This document shows, one piece after another, positions 29,108-39,054 of a DNA stretch of 60,566 bases. The notes beneath the pieces were generated by a model, which did no database searches, was not told the origin of the DNA, and saw nothing but the letters and a program-made list of their open reading frames with translations. Origin of the DNA: Acidobacteria bacterium 13_1_40CM_65_14. GTDB lineage: Bacteria > Acidobacteriota > Vicinamibacteria > Vicinamibacterales > CAVVIG01. Numbering within the stretch: position 1 is the stretch's first letter; each line of letters begins with the position of its first letter. The position numbers and the translations under genes were made by a program. The stretch is from positions 1 to 60,566 of the forward strand of contig MNEX01000162.1 of NCBI GenBank assembly GCA_001917905.1, written 5' to 3'.

Positions 29108-29531
29108 GGAAGCGCTCTTCGATGAACGCGATCAGTTCATCGAGTGACCCGTAGCCGAAGGTCGTGCACGCGCCGTCGCAGTTGCCGACGATGAGGCGCG
29201 AGATGGCGTGGCGGCGAGTGCGGTCGTAGAGGAGCACCACCTGCTGACCGGTGACCGGCGAGCGACCGAGCACATAACCGACCTCGAAGCCCACGCCGTA
29301 TGTGGATCCCGACGCTTCGGCGACGAGCACGTCACATTGCGAGAGCCAGTCGAGATCGCGACGATAGACGTCCTCCTCGGTCAGCTTCGACTCCGCCTCG
29401 TTGACGTCGGCGGCGAGCAGGTGCGTCGTCAACACCCGATGACCGAGCTCGTGCAGGCGCTCCGAGATCGCGCGACCTGCGGCCACGCCGCCGCGATCGC
29501 CGCGAACCGTGCACGCGAGATAGATCGTCAC
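29085..29531 (-). CDS. nucleoside 2-deoxyribosyltransferase-like / DNPH1(Rcl)-like protein
   Basis: MTIYLACTVRGDRGG.., ..DLDWLSQCDVLVAEASGSTYGVGFEVGY.. matches the family pattern as I remember it. Confidence 0.65.
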   Translation of the reverse strand: MTIYLACTVRGDRGGVAAGRAISERLHELGHRVLTTHLLAADVNEAESKLTEEDVYRRDLDWLSQCDVLVAEASGSTYGVGFEVGYVLGRSPVTGQQVVLLYDRTRRHAISRLIVGNCDGACTTFGYGSLDELIAFIEERFRPTTNDQ

Positions 29532-29541
29532 ACGTCGCGAG

Positions 29542-30729
29542 TCATTTCTTCAGGAGCTCGCGAACCTTCTCGATGGGGATGGCCTGCGCGGTGCCGACGC
29601 GTGACGTCGTCGTGGTCGCCTGGAACAGCGAGTTGTACACCGCTTCTTCGGTCGCCTCGAGCGCCGCTTCGAAGAGGGGAGACATCGCGTCGGGCGGCAG
29701 CACCTGCCGCGCGCGCGGCGTCGTCTCGTCGAACCGGCTGCGCATCTCCAGCGAGGTCGAGAACGCGATCGCGAAATCGCCGCTGCCATTGCTGTAGGCC
29801 GATCCCGTGCGGGCGAGGCCGAATACGGCGCGTCGCGCGAGGCGCTGCAGATCGCGCGCGTCGCACGGCGCATCGGTCGCGACGACGAGCATGCAGGACC
29901 CATGAGCTGACGCCGGGTCCACAGGACCCGGCCTACGTACGTCCGCAGACCGCCGCGACGGCGGTTGCAGAAGTTTGAAGATCGGAACGCCGCTGATCGT
30001 GAGGTTGCCGCCGAAGTTCGTTTGGGCCAGCACGCCGACCGTGTATGCCCCGACGCGCCCTGAGCCTGTCGAAGGGTCGACTTTTCGCGACGAAGTCCCG
30101 ATGCCGCCTTTCCATCCGTAGCAGATCGTTCCGGTGCCCGCGCCGACCGCGCCTTCCGTCACCGCTCCGCTCTTCGCGTTTCTGATCGCGTCGATGACGT
30201 GCTCGCGCGAGACGTGCAGTCCGCGGATGTCGTTCAAGCCACCGTCGTTGGTTTCACCCACGACCGCGTTCACCGATCGCACCTGCTCGTTGCCCGGTTG
30301 TGCCAGGGTGTAGCGGACGACCGCGTCCATCGCCGCGCCGACACTCAACGTGTTGGTCAGCACGATCGGCGTTTCGATCGTGCCGAGCTCGTTCACCTGG
30401 GTCGATCCCGCGAGCTTGCCGAACGCGTTGCCGACGAAGACGGCGCCCGCCACCTTGTCCTGAAACACGTTGCCGCCATGCGGAACGATCGCCGTCACGC
30501 CCGTCCGCACGTCGTCGCCCTCGATGAGCGTCGTGTGACCGACGCGCACGCCGTCGACATCGGTGATCGCGTTGAGCGGTCCCGGCTGATACACGCCCGG
30601 CGCGATGCCGAGATCCCGGGCGCGCGGCCGGCTTTGGCCCACGACGGCCACGCCGCTCTGTGCAGAAATGAGCACGACGAGGAGTCCAAGCCACTTTCGG
30701 CCAGCGTGAGGCTTACATGGCTCTTGCAT
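29542..30729 (-). CDS. P1/S58-family (DmpA-like) aminopeptidase
   Basis: Signal-like N-terminus, GPLNAITDVDGVRVGHTT.., GVTAIVP, VVGETNDGGLNDIRG, GAGTGTICYGWKGGIGTSS and VVATDAP. Met 30729 is preferred over the track start at 30765. Confidence 0.85.
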   Translation of the reverse strand: MQEPCKPHAGRKWLGLLVVLISAQSGVAVVGQSRPRARDLGIAPGVYQPGPLNAITDVDGVRVGHTTLIEGDDVRTGVTAIVPHGGNVFQDKVAGAVFVGNAFGKLAGSTQVNELGTIETPIVLTNTLSVGAAMDAVVRYTLAQPGNEQVRSVNAVVGETNDGGLNDIRGLHVSREHVIDAIRNAKSGAVTEGAVGAGTGTICYGWKGGIGTSSRKVDPSTGSGRVGAYTVGVLAQTNFGGNLTISGVPIFKLLQPPSRRSADVRRPGPVDPASAHGSCMLVVATDAPCDARDLQRLARRAVFGLARTGSAYSNGSGDFAIAFSTSLEMRSRFDETTPRARQVLPPDAMSPLFEAALEATEEAVYNSLFQATTTTSRVGTAQAIPIEKVRELLKK

Positions 30730-30844
30730 GACGGAATTGTACTGGTATGATGCGCGACAGCTCAAAGCTACTCAGTCCCCTAATGGTCCATACCGTCGTC
30801 TGCCCCACGACGACGCGGGTTGGTGTGTTGTCGGCGGAGGGTGC

Positions 30845-33334
30845 GTGAGGCGCACCCGGGTCTTCCGTCCGTACATCATCTGGTCCGCCGTTTTGCTGGT
30901 TGCCGTCACCACGACGGCGCTCATTCGCGCCCAGTACATCCCTCCGCCGCGGACGGCCGCGCCCGGGACGATGAGTGACGGCTCGACGCTATTACCCAAC
31001 GGATGGCGGCTCGGCCCTGTCGGGAAACATCTTCCCCTCAGCACGCTGCCGCTCAACGCCGTCGTCTCGCCCGATGGCCGCCATGCGGTCATCACGAACA
31101 ACGGTCTCGCGAAACCGTCGCTGAACGTCGTCGACATCAACGCGTGGACGATCAAGACGACGACGCCCGTGGACCACACATGGCTCGGCCTCGCGTTTCA
31201 TCCCGACGGCACGAAGCTGTACGCGAGCGGCGCGGGGCAGAACAACGTCCAGGAATTCACGTACGCCGACGGCGTCGTGACGCGCGTGCGCACCTTCGCG
31301 CTCCCGGCGTACACCGGCGACACGATGGTCGGCGGTCTGGCGGTCAGCCCGAACGGGCGCGCGCTGTTCGCCACGCGCGTCTTCGCGATGACGATCTCGC
31401 GGATCGATCTCACGACCGGTCAGGTGACGCATTCGGCGTCGCTTCCCGCCGAACCGTATTCGTGCGTGCTGTCGCCCGACGGACGGATGCTGTACGTCTC
31501 GCTGTGGGGCGGCGCGCGCGTGCGCGTGTACGACGCCGACTCGCTGTTCCTGCTCAACGAATGGGCGTCGGGCGAGCATCCGAATGCGATGGCGATCTCG
31601 AGCGACGGCAAGCGGCTGTTCGTCGCGTGCGCGAGCAGCGCCGCGGTCTGGACGTACGACACGTTCGCCGGTGAACCGATCGAGCAGATCTCGACGAGCC
31701 TCTATCCGCAGGCGCCGCCGACGGCGACGCCCAATTCTGTCGCGCTGTCGCCCGACGGCCGCACGCTGATCGCCGCCAACGCCGACAACAACGCAGTCGC
31801 GGTGGTCGACGTGAGCAACCCGGCGCTGAGCTTCGTCGAAGGGTTCATTCCGACCGGCTGGTATCCGACGTCCGCGGTGTTCACGAAAGACGGCAAGCAG
31901 ATTCTGATTCTGAACGGCAAGGGCCTGACGCCCGCGCCGAACATGACCAACAGCGGCATGGAGCGCCGCATGCTCGGTGCGGTGTCGCTCGTCGCCACGC
32001 CCGATCGCGTGACGCTCGCCGACTACACGCGCCGCGTGATGTCGCTGTCGCCCTACACCGATGCGATTCGGCTGCATCCGAACGTGCCGATCGGATCGCC
32101 GATTCCGCGCACCGTCGGCGGCGCCTCGCCGATCAAGCACGTCTTCTACGTCATTCGCGAGAACCGCACCTACGATCAGGTGCTCGGCGATCTGACGGAA
32201 GGGAACGGCGATCCCAAGCTGACCCTCTTCGGCCGCGAGATCACGCCGAACGCGCACGCGCTGGCGCAGAACTTCGTGGTGTTCGACAACTTCTTCGTCG
32301 ATGCCGACGTCAGCTACAACGGCCACTCGTATTCGACGGCGGCGTACGCCACCGATGTCGTCGAGAAGATGTGGCAGGCGATGTACGCGCGTGGCGGCAT
32401 TCCGTATCTGTCCGAAGGCGGCGGCCTGCTGCGCAACCCGTTCGGCAACATCTCGGCGCCGCCGGGCGGCTACATCTGGGACTACGCGCGCCGCAGCGAC
32501 GTCAGCGTCCGCAGCTACGGCGAGTTCGTCCATCACACGTATCGCGGCCCCGGCGCGAACCCCGACGTCATCGCCGTCGAGGCGGTGCCCGGTCTGAAGG
32601 GACTCGTCGCGCCGGCCTTCGCCGGCTGGGATCTCGAGATCACCGACAACAAGCGCATCGACAACTGGCAGCAGGAGTTCCGGCAGTTCGAGCGGGACGG
32701 CACGCTGCCGCAGCTGTCGATCATCCGGCTGCCCAACGATCACACGGCCGGCACGAGGCCGGGCGCTCCGACACCGCGCGCGATGATGGCGGACAACGAC
32801 GTCGCGCTCGGCCGGCTGGTGGAGACGATCTCGAACAGCGTCTACTGGAAAGACGCCGCGATCTTCGCCGTCGAGGACGATGCGCAGGCCGGACCGGATC
32901 ATGTGGACTCGCACCGCTCGGTGCTGCTCGTCGCGAGTCCGTTCGCCAAGCGCATCAGCGTCGATCACACGTTCTACTCGACGGCGAGCGTGCTGCGGAC
33001 GATCGAGCTCATCCTGGGTCTCACGCCGATGAGCCAGTACGACGCGGCGGCGACGCCGATGCACGCGGCGTTCACCGGGACGAGCAACCTCGCCGCGTAT
33101 CGCCGATTGGATGCGCGCGTATCGCTCGACGAGAAGAATCCGACCAACGCGTTCGGCGCGATCGCGTCGCTGCAGATGAACTTCTCGGAAGCCGATCGGA
33201 CGCCCGAGGTGCTGCTGAACGAGATCATCTGGCGCTCGGTGAAGGGCGCCCATTCGCCGATGCCGCCGCCCCGGCGGAGTCTCTTCATCACGCCGGCGTC
33301 GCGCGCCGCGGATGATGACGACGATGAGCGCTAG
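30845..33334 (+). CDS. secreted fusion protein: YncE/YVTN-type beta-propeller plus phosphoesterase (phospholipase C / AcpA-like) domain
   Basis: Repeated ..SPDGR..Y(A/V).. propeller blades, then IKHVFYVIRENRTYDQVLGD, NFFVDADVSYNGH and IIRLPNDHTAG. A GTG at 30845 gives a signal-peptide start; the track ORF begins at 30728. Confidence 0.8.
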   Translation: MRRTRVFRPYIIWSAVLLVAVTTTALIRAQYIPPPRTAAPGTMSDGSTLLPNGWRLGPVGKHLPLSTLPLNAVVSPDGRHAVITNNGLAKPSLNVVDINAWTIKTTTPVDHTWLGLAFHPDGTKLYASGAGQNNVQEFTYADGVVTRVRTFALPAYTGDTMVGGLAVSPNGRALFATRVFAMTISRIDLTTGQVTHSASLPAEPYSCVLSPDGRMLYVSLWGGARVRVYDADSLFLLNEWASGEHPNAMAISSDGKRLFVACASSAAVWTYDTFAGEPIEQISTSLYPQAPPTATPNSVALSPDGRTLIAANADNNAVAVVDVSNPALSFVEGFIPTGWYPTSAVFTKDGKQILILNGKGLTPAPNMTNSGMERRMLGAVSLVATPDRVTLADYTRRVMSLSPYTDAIRLHPNVPIGSPIPRTVGGASPIKHVFYVIRENRTYDQVLGDLTEGNGDPKLTLFGREITPNAHALAQNFVVFDNFFVDADVSYNGHSYSTAAYATDVVEKMWQAMYARGGIPYLSEGGGLLRNPFGNISAPPGGYIWDYARRSDVSVRSYGEFVHHTYRGPGANPDVIAVEAVPGLKGLVAPAFAGWDLEITDNKRIDNWQQEFRQFERDGTLPQLSIIRLPNDHTAGTRPGAPTPRAMMADNDVALGRLVETISNSVYWKDAAIFAVEDDAQAGPDHVDSHRSVLLVASPFAKRISVDHTFYSTASVLRTIELILGLTPMSQYDAAATPMHAAFTGTSNLAAYRRLDARVSLDEKNPTNAFGAIASLQMNFSEADRTPEVLLNEIIWRSVKGAHSPMPPPRRSLFITPASRAADDDDDER

Positions 33335-33339
33335 ACGCT

Positions 33340-33435
33340 GAATCGGGTAATTGGATAATCGGGTAATCTGGTAATTGGATTGCTCGATTGACCAATCCGC
33401 TTACCCGATCACCCGATTACCCGATTACTCGATTC
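33340..33435. repeat. hairpin with (GGGTAATYG)-type repeat arms
   Basis: gaatcgggtaattggataatcgggtaatctggtaattggattg-ctcgattga-ccaatccgcttacccgatcacccgattacccgattactcgattc. Same family as 58197-58312. There is a half-copy at about 36570-36600. Confidence 0.9.
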
Positions 33436-35889
33436 GGCGCCGCGTTCGCGCTCGTCGTGTTCGCGGCTGTGACCGTCAGCTGTGGCCGCGCGCCCGCGCC
33501 GCCCTATCCGCTCGCGTTCAGCATTCAGGTCAGCTCGCCGCGAGCTCTCGAAAGCTCGCGCGAGATCGCGATTCCGATCGCCGTCACCAACACCGGTCAA
33601 CGCGCGTGGGATCCCGCACGCGTGCACCTGTCGTATCACTGGCTCTGGATCGTGCCGCGCGAGCTCGCGTCGCGGTCGCGGTGGAACGCGCCGTATCACG
33701 ATGGCATCAGGACCGAGCTGTCCGAGGCGGTCGCGCCGGCTGAACGTGTCGTCGTGCAGGGCCGCGTGCTCGCGCCATCGGTGCCCGGTGTGTACTGGCT
33801 GCAGTGGGACATGGTGGAGGAAGGCGTCACCTGGTTCGCGCAAGTCTCGCGCCGCCAGCCGCTCGCGCTGGTCTTCGTCTTTCCGCCGCTGGCCTGGATT
33901 CTCGCGCCGCTGCCGCTCCTCATCGCAATCGCTGGGATCGTTCTGGTCCGGCTGAAGCCGGACGCCACCGAGGCACCGACGGTGGTGTCCGGCTTCAGCT
34001 CTCTGGTGGCGTCCGGCTCTAGCCGGACCAGGTGGTTCTCGTCATCCGCCGACATCGCGTGGTGCGTCGCGTGCCTCTTCGCCAAACCGTTCGTCGTGTT
34101 CCACGACGCGCTCCTCGAGCCGACGGCGGTCGCGTACTGGCTGACCCTCGCCGCGGCGATCGTGCCGGTGACGATCATCGCGCTCGTGTTCCCGCGCCGC
34201 GTGCGCGCCTGGCTGCTGCTCGCGCTCGGCATCTTCGGCTCGCTCGTCATCCTCGCCGACGTCGTCTACTACCGCTTCTTCGGCGACGTGCTGTCCACGC
34301 CGGCGCTGCTCGGCGTGCATCAGACCGGACATGTCTGGGGATCGATCCGCAGTCTGTCCACGCCCGGACTCGTGTGGCTGATCGCCGATTGGCCGTTCGC
34401 CGTCTGGCTGACGATCCGGCTGTCGCGGCTGAAGCAGCCGTCGGCGCCGTTTCGAAGACGCGCGCTCGTTGCCGCAGCGACGCTCGTGATCCTCGCCGCG
34501 TCGGGCAGTGTGCTCTCCGTGCGCCGGGCGATCGCCTCGACGCCGCTCGATCAAATGTTCCGGGACCGCGCGGTCGTCGAGCAGCTTGGCCCGTTCGGAT
34601 TTCATGCGTACGACACGTGGAATTACGTGAGGAGCACCTGGCTGCGCGTCCCGGTGAGCGACGCGCAGCTCGACGACGCCGTCGCGTGGTTCGAGGCGCG
34701 CGCGCCTCTCCGGGCAGGCACGGGGTCGAGTTTCGGCGCCGCACGCGGGAAGAACGTTATCGTGGTGCAGGTGGAGTCGCTGCAGGACTTCGCCGTGGAC
34801 TTCCAGGTCGGCAATCAGGAGGTGATGCCGCACCTGCGGCGGTGGATCGACGACAGCGCGCGGTTCACGACCGTGACCGATCAAACCAACGAAGGGCGCA
34901 CGTCCGACGCCGAGCTCACGACGATGGCGTCGCTGCTGCCGCTCGATCATGGCGCGGCCGCCTTCCGGTACCCGGGCAATCGCTACGTCGCGCTGCCGCG
35001 CGTGCTGGCCGATCGCGGCTATCGGACGCTCTCAGCGGTCGCGTTCGAGCCGGGCTTCTGGAATCGGCAGGTGATGCATCCGGCGTACGGCTTTCAGCAC
35101 ACGCTGTTCGAGCTGGATTTTCGGCTGACGGAGCAGATCGGCTGGGGGCTGAACGATCGCGACTTCCTCCAGCAAATGCTGCCGCATCTGACGAAGCTGC
35201 AGCGGCCGTTTCTCGCGTGGCTCATCACGTTGTCGTTGCATCATCCGTTCGAGGACTTCCCTGCGGCGCACAAAGTCCTGAAGCTGGGGGCGCTCGAGGG
35301 CACGTCGTTCGGCAACTACCTGCACACCATGCGCTTCTTCGACGAGGCGCTCGAGGAGTTCAACGTCGCGCTCGCGAAGAACGGTCTGCTCGACGACAGC
35401 GTGATCGTCGTGTTCGGTGATCACGACGCGGGCTTCGCGCGCGACGAGTCGCTCACGACGCTTCTCGGCATTCGCCCGGACGACACGGATTGGGCGCTGA
35501 CCGATCGTGTGCCGCTGTTCATCCGCGCGCCTGGGCTCCGCGGCGTCCGCGCGATGCCGGCCGGGCAGACCGACGTGGCGCCGACGCTCCTCGCCCTCGT
35601 CGGTGTCGATGCGGCGCGGCTGCCGTACGTGGGGCGCAATCTTCTCGGCACGGACGATTCAGGGCCGGTGCCGCGCCCGTACGGCGACTGGCTCGACGGT
35701 CAGCATCTCTTTCTCACGCGCGGCGCCGATCACGTGTGCATCGACCTCGCACGCCGGCTCGCGGTCGATCGGGAGAGCTGCCGGTTGGCAGACGAACGAG
35801 CGCGCCGCGACCGCGACGTGTCGCGGCTCGTCGTCGTCGACGATCTGCAGAGGCGCATCTGGGAGCGGTTGACTACGGTCGTGAAATAA
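33388..35889 (+). CDS. LTA-synthase/sulfatase-family membrane protein (MdoB/LtaS-like) with an N-terminal extracytoplasmic module
   Basis: Multi-TM middle region, then NVIVVQVESLQDF.., TNEGRTSDAE and WLITLSLHHPFE. The start (TTG 33388) lies inside the hairpin repeat and is uncertain. Confidence 0.8.
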   Translation: MTNPLTRSPDYPITRFGAAFALVVFAAVTVSCGRAPAPPYPLAFSIQVSSPRALESSREIAIPIAVTNTGQRAWDPARVHLSYHWLWIVPRELASRSRWNAPYHDGIRTELSEAVAPAERVVVQGRVLAPSVPGVYWLQWDMVEEGVTWFAQVSRRQPLALVFVFPPLAWILAPLPLLIAIAGIVLVRLKPDATEAPTVVSGFSSLVASGSSRTRWFSSSADIAWCVACLFAKPFVVFHDALLEPTAVAYWLTLAAAIVPVTIIALVFPRRVRAWLLLALGIFGSLVILADVVYYRFFGDVLSTPALLGVHQTGHVWGSIRSLSTPGLVWLIADWPFAVWLTIRLSRLKQPSAPFRRRALVAAATLVILAASGSVLSVRRAIASTPLDQMFRDRAVVEQLGPFGFHAYDTWNYVRSTWLRVPVSDAQLDDAVAWFEARAPLRAGTGSSFGAARGKNVIVVQVESLQDFAVDFQVGNQEVMPHLRRWIDDSARFTTVTDQTNEGRTSDAELTTMASLLPLDHGAAAFRYPGNRYVALPRVLADRGYRTLSAVAFEPGFWNRQVMHPAYGFQHTLFELDFRLTEQIGWGLNDRDFLQQMLPHLTKLQRPFLAWLITLSLHHPFEDFPAAHKVLKLGALEGTSFGNYLHTMRFFDEALEEFNVALAKNGLLDDSVIVVFGDHDAGFARDESLTTLLGIRPDDTDWALTDRVPLFIRAPGLRGVRAMPAGQTDVAPTLLALVGVDAARLPYVGRNLLGTDDSGPVPRPYGDWLDGQHLFLTRGADHVCIDLARRLAVDRESCRLADERARRDRDVSRLVVVDDLQRRIWERLTTVVK

Positions 35890-35898
35890 TTCAGCCAC

Positions 35899-36543
35899 AT
35901 GACACGCGCCGGTGTGTCGCTCGTCTTGGTGTTGTCCGTGTCGGCCATTCCAGCTCGCGCCCAGGAGCCGCCGCCGCCTATCCCGCTGTTCGTCGTCGAC
36001 GTGCAGGGCAACGTGCCGCGATTCCCGCAAGATCCGATTCTTGCCGACAGCCGTGGCATCTCGCTCACCGAGCTTCCAGGCGCCGGCCTGGGCGGTCAGC
36101 TCGGCGTGCATGTGTACTTCTTCAAGTTCAAGGCGATGACGGTCGGCGTCGGCGGCCAGACGATCGTGGCGCGAGCGAAGCAGACGCCGCCGACAGACGT
36201 GCAGAATCAGATCAAGGCCGTGACGGAGAAGTTCCGTTCGCTCGGCGGACAGATCTCGCTGAACTTCGGCAGCGGCACCGGCTGGAGCTACTTGAGCGGC
36301 GGCATCGGCCGCTCGAACTGGTCGATCGTTCCGGAAGGGCGCAAGCTGCTTCCAGGCGACGAGGAAGTGCTGAAGACGATCAACTACGGCGGCGGCGCCC
36401 GCTGGTTCGCGAAATCACATCTCGCCTTCAGCTTCGACGTCCGTCTCTACGCGATCAATCCCGGCGTCGCGTCGCTCCCCGGCCACAGCGGCAGCCCGCG
36501 CACGACGTTCATGGTCATCGGCGCGGGAGTGTCGCTCAAATGA
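35899..36543 (+). CDS. outer-membrane beta-barrel protein (OmpW/porin-like)
   Basis: Signal peptide ending ARAQE, alternating beta-strand pattern, and the C-terminal ..FMVIGAGVSLK. Confidence 0.65.
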   Translation: MTRAGVSLVLVLSVSAIPARAQEPPPPIPLFVVDVQGNVPRFPQDPILADSRGISLTELPGAGLGGQLGVHVYFFKFKAMTVGVGGQTIVARAKQTPPTDVQNQIKAVTEKFRSLGGQISLNFGSGTGWSYLSGGIGRSNWSIVPEGRKLLPGDEEVLKTINYGGGARWFAKSHLAFSFDVRLYAINPGVASLPGHSGSPRTTFMVIGAGVSLK

Positions 36544-36598
36544 CGACGATCAACGCCGAGCACAATCAATGACCCGATTACCAGATTCCCCGATTCGG

Positions 36599-37689
36599 TT
36601 ACTCACCGCGCAGCGCGACCATCGGATCCACGCGCGTGGCGCGCCGCGCCGGAATGTAGCTCGCGAGGAGCGCGACGGTCAGCAGGCCGGACGCGACGAC
36701 GATGAACGTGATCGGATCGGCAGCGCTGACGTTGAACAGGAGACCGCGAATCAGGCGCGCGCCGGCGAGCGCGATGACCGATCCGAGCGCGACGCCGATG
36801 AGCGCGAGCTTGCCGCCCTCGTTCAGCACCATCCGCAGGACGTCCGCCGGCTTCGCGCCGATGGCCATGCGCACGCCGATTTCGTGCGTGCGCTGCGACA
36901 CCGAGTAGGCCACCACGCCGTAGACGCCGACGGTCGCGAGCGCGACCGCGAGGCCGCCGAGCAGCGCGAACAGCACCATGTTCAGCCGGCGATCCGACGT
37001 CGAATCCGCCAGCACGCGGTCCATCGACGCCACCTCGGAGACTCCAAGCTTCGCGTCGACCGCGCGGATGGCGGCGCGCGCATGACCGATCGGCGCCAGT
37101 AGGTCCGCCTCGCGTAGTCGAGCGGAATCCGCAGCGACGCCGGCAGGATGCCAACGACGGTGTGCGGGACCGCGTCGAGTTGAATGTCGCGTCCGACGAT
37201 TGACGGATCCGATCCGAACTGCGATCGCCACAATCCTTCGCTGAGCATCGCGACGTGCTCGTGACCTGGTTGATCCTCCTGCCCGGTGAACACACGGCCG
37301 GCGATCGGCTGCACGCCGAGCGCGTCGAACATCGGCGCCTGCACCCGCGCGGCGGCGACGCGCACCGCATCACCGGCGCCGGTGAGATTGAACGACGTCG
37401 TGTCGAACGCGGACACGTGCTCGAGCGATGTCGCCTGCGCGCGATAGTCCGCGAGCTCCGGCTCCGACACCCACGTCTTCGTCCAGTTGGTCCAATGGCT
37501 CCACATCATCACCACGCGATCCGGATCGTGGTACGGCAGCGGGCGCAACACCACAGCGTCGATGATGCTGAAGATCGCCGTGTTGGCGCCGATGCCGAGC
37601 GCGAGTGTCAGCAGCGCCACAAGCGTGAAGCCTGGTTGCTTGACGAGCGTGCGGATCGCGAAGCGAACGTCTTGAAAAAATGTCGTCAC
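36599..37689 (-). pseudogene. ADOP/MacB-type (FtsX-domain) ABC permease, frameshifted and probably internally deleted
   Basis: N-part [41 protein letters not shown].. runs to ..IPLDYARR (track 36982..37689). It then continues in another frame as [49 protein letters not shown] (track 36599..37231). There is no ABC ATPase next to it. Confidence 0.75.
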
Positions 37690-37756
37690 AGGGATTCTCG
37701 GTGTGAGTTAGACGGCGCAAGCCACCCCAAGCGTTGTCACGGCTCAGCTCTAGCTG

Positions 37757-37772
37757 TGGCATTTGCCTTGCT
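37757..37772 (+). promoter_or_regulatory. candidate sigma-54 (-24/-12) promoter
   Basis: TGGCATttgccTTGCT has GG and GC exactly 12 nt apart, matching the TGGCAC-N5-TTGCW consensus. It lies about 100 nt upstream of the 37873 start in a non-coding gap. Confidence 0.55.
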
Positions 37773-37872
37773 GAATACCCAGCCACGCAGCCCAACGGGG
37801 TAGTACAGCAGGGCTGATCGGAAATCCGTTACCCACGCTGAGCGTGCTGGTGACGCAAGGGGAGATGCGTGT

Positions 37873-38664
37873 ATGAAACGGGTGTGCCTCGCCACGGCGA
37901 CCCTCGCGATAACGATCCTGACCGCTTGCGCCGGGAACTCCGTCGACAACCCGGTCGCGCCCTCGTTGCCGGCGTCACCGGGAACGACCGTGACCGCATT
38001 GGTCATCACCAATCTATCGATCACCGACATGACGATGCAGCTGGTCGCCACTGCGCGGTTGTCGGACGGCACCACGCGCGACGTGACCTCGTCCTCGACG
38101 TGGCAATCGTCGAACACGTCGATCGCGACGATTTCCTCCTCCGGCATATTGAGCATCGTCGCAAACGGTGAAGTGGAAGCGCGCGCGGTTTATCAGGGTG
38201 TGACGGGGACGCTGCGGCTCATCCTCACGCGGCCGCCGGATCCGCGCATGCACTTCACGCTGAGCGGCGTGGCGCGCGAAGTGTCACCGGGCTCGAAGAT
38301 TCTCGGCGCCGTACGCGTCGCGATCACCGGCGGCCCGGACGCGGGCATAGCGGTCACCAGCGACCCCGGCGGACAGTTCCGGTTCGCGTCGGTCTCGGCG
38401 ACGCGCGTGTCGCTCGAAGCGACCAGGGACGGCTATCAGGTCTGGCGGATGACGAACCTGATGATCGACGGCGACAAACAGATCGAAGTCGTGATGTACC
38501 CGACGCCGCCGACCAATGCGGCCGGCGAGACCGCCACCGGGCGATGCAAAGACTCGACGTGGACCTGGACTTCGTCGATCCCGAACGCGTGCACGGACCA
38601 CGGCGGCCTCGCGTACGGGGTGTGCCCCGGGCCGATGTGCGGGGCTCCGCTGAATCCGCGATAG
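37873..38664 (+). CDS. lipoprotein with a Big_2-like Ig domain, a carboxypeptidase-regulatory-like domain and a DUF3761-like Cys-rich C-terminus
   Basis: Lipobox LTAC; ..ARLSDGTTRDVTSSSTWQSSNTSIATISSSGIL..; ..GGQFRFASV..; C-terminal GRCKDSTWTWTSSIPNACTDHGGLAYGVC. Confidence 0.7.
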   Translation: MKRVCLATATLAITILTACAGNSVDNPVAPSLPASPGTTVTALVITNLSITDMTMQLVATARLSDGTTRDVTSSSTWQSSNTSIATISSSGILSIVANGEVEARAVYQGVTGTLRLILTRPPDPRMHFTLSGVAREVSPGSKILGAVRVAITGGPDAGIAVTSDPGGQFRFASVSATRVSLEATRDGYQVWRMTNLMIDGDKQIEVVMYPTPPTNAAGETATGRCKDSTWTWTSSIPNACTDHGGLAYGVCPGPMCGAPLNPR

Positions 38665-38698
38665 CAATCACCGCCGGCATCGTGTCGCGCAGGCCTTC

Positions 38699-38820
38699 AG
38701 AGCTTGTGAAGAAATACGACGTTGAACGCAGAACTCGCAGAACACGCAGAACGACCTTAAGCATTTTTTCTCTGCGGGTTCCGCGCTCTCTGCGTTGTAT
38801 GTGATTTGTTCACACGCTCT
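38699..38820. repeat. C-family long hairpin (outer stem AGAGC.GTGAA..ACGTTGAACGCAGAG, inner GCAGA-type repeats), copy C1
   Basis: Left arm agagcttgtgaagaaatacgacgttgaacgcagaactcgcagaacacgcagaac; right arm tctctgcgggttccgcgctctctgcgttgtatgtgatttgttcacacgctct. Confidence 0.85.
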
Positions 38821-38918
38821 TCGGGCCTGCCGGGGCCGGCGGGGCAGCCCTCCTAAGAAACAGCGCGTTTTCCGGCCTGTTTCTGCTCGGACGAGTCGCG
38901 ATTCGATCGCGTGGGACG

Positions 38919-39047
38919 CTAAAGAGGATGTGAAGCAATCACGTCAACGCAAAGGCCGCGAAGACCGCAAAGAAGAATCTTTCGACAAGATGCTTTGCGC
39001 GCTTTGCGATCTTTGCGTTCAACGTGATTCTTTCACGAGCTCTAAAG
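38919..39047. repeat. C-family long hairpin, copy C2
   Basis: Left arm ctaaagaggatgtgaagcaatcacgtcaacgcaaaggccgcgaagaccgcaaag; right arm ctttgcgcgctttgcgatctttgcgttcaacgtgattctttcacgagctctaaag. Confidence 0.85.
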
Positions 39048-39054
39048 GGCTGCG

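Noticed and set aside
30992-33253. 753-aa minus-strand ORF
   Set aside because: It is antisense to the propeller-phosphoesterase gene and is an Arg-rich shadow ORF.
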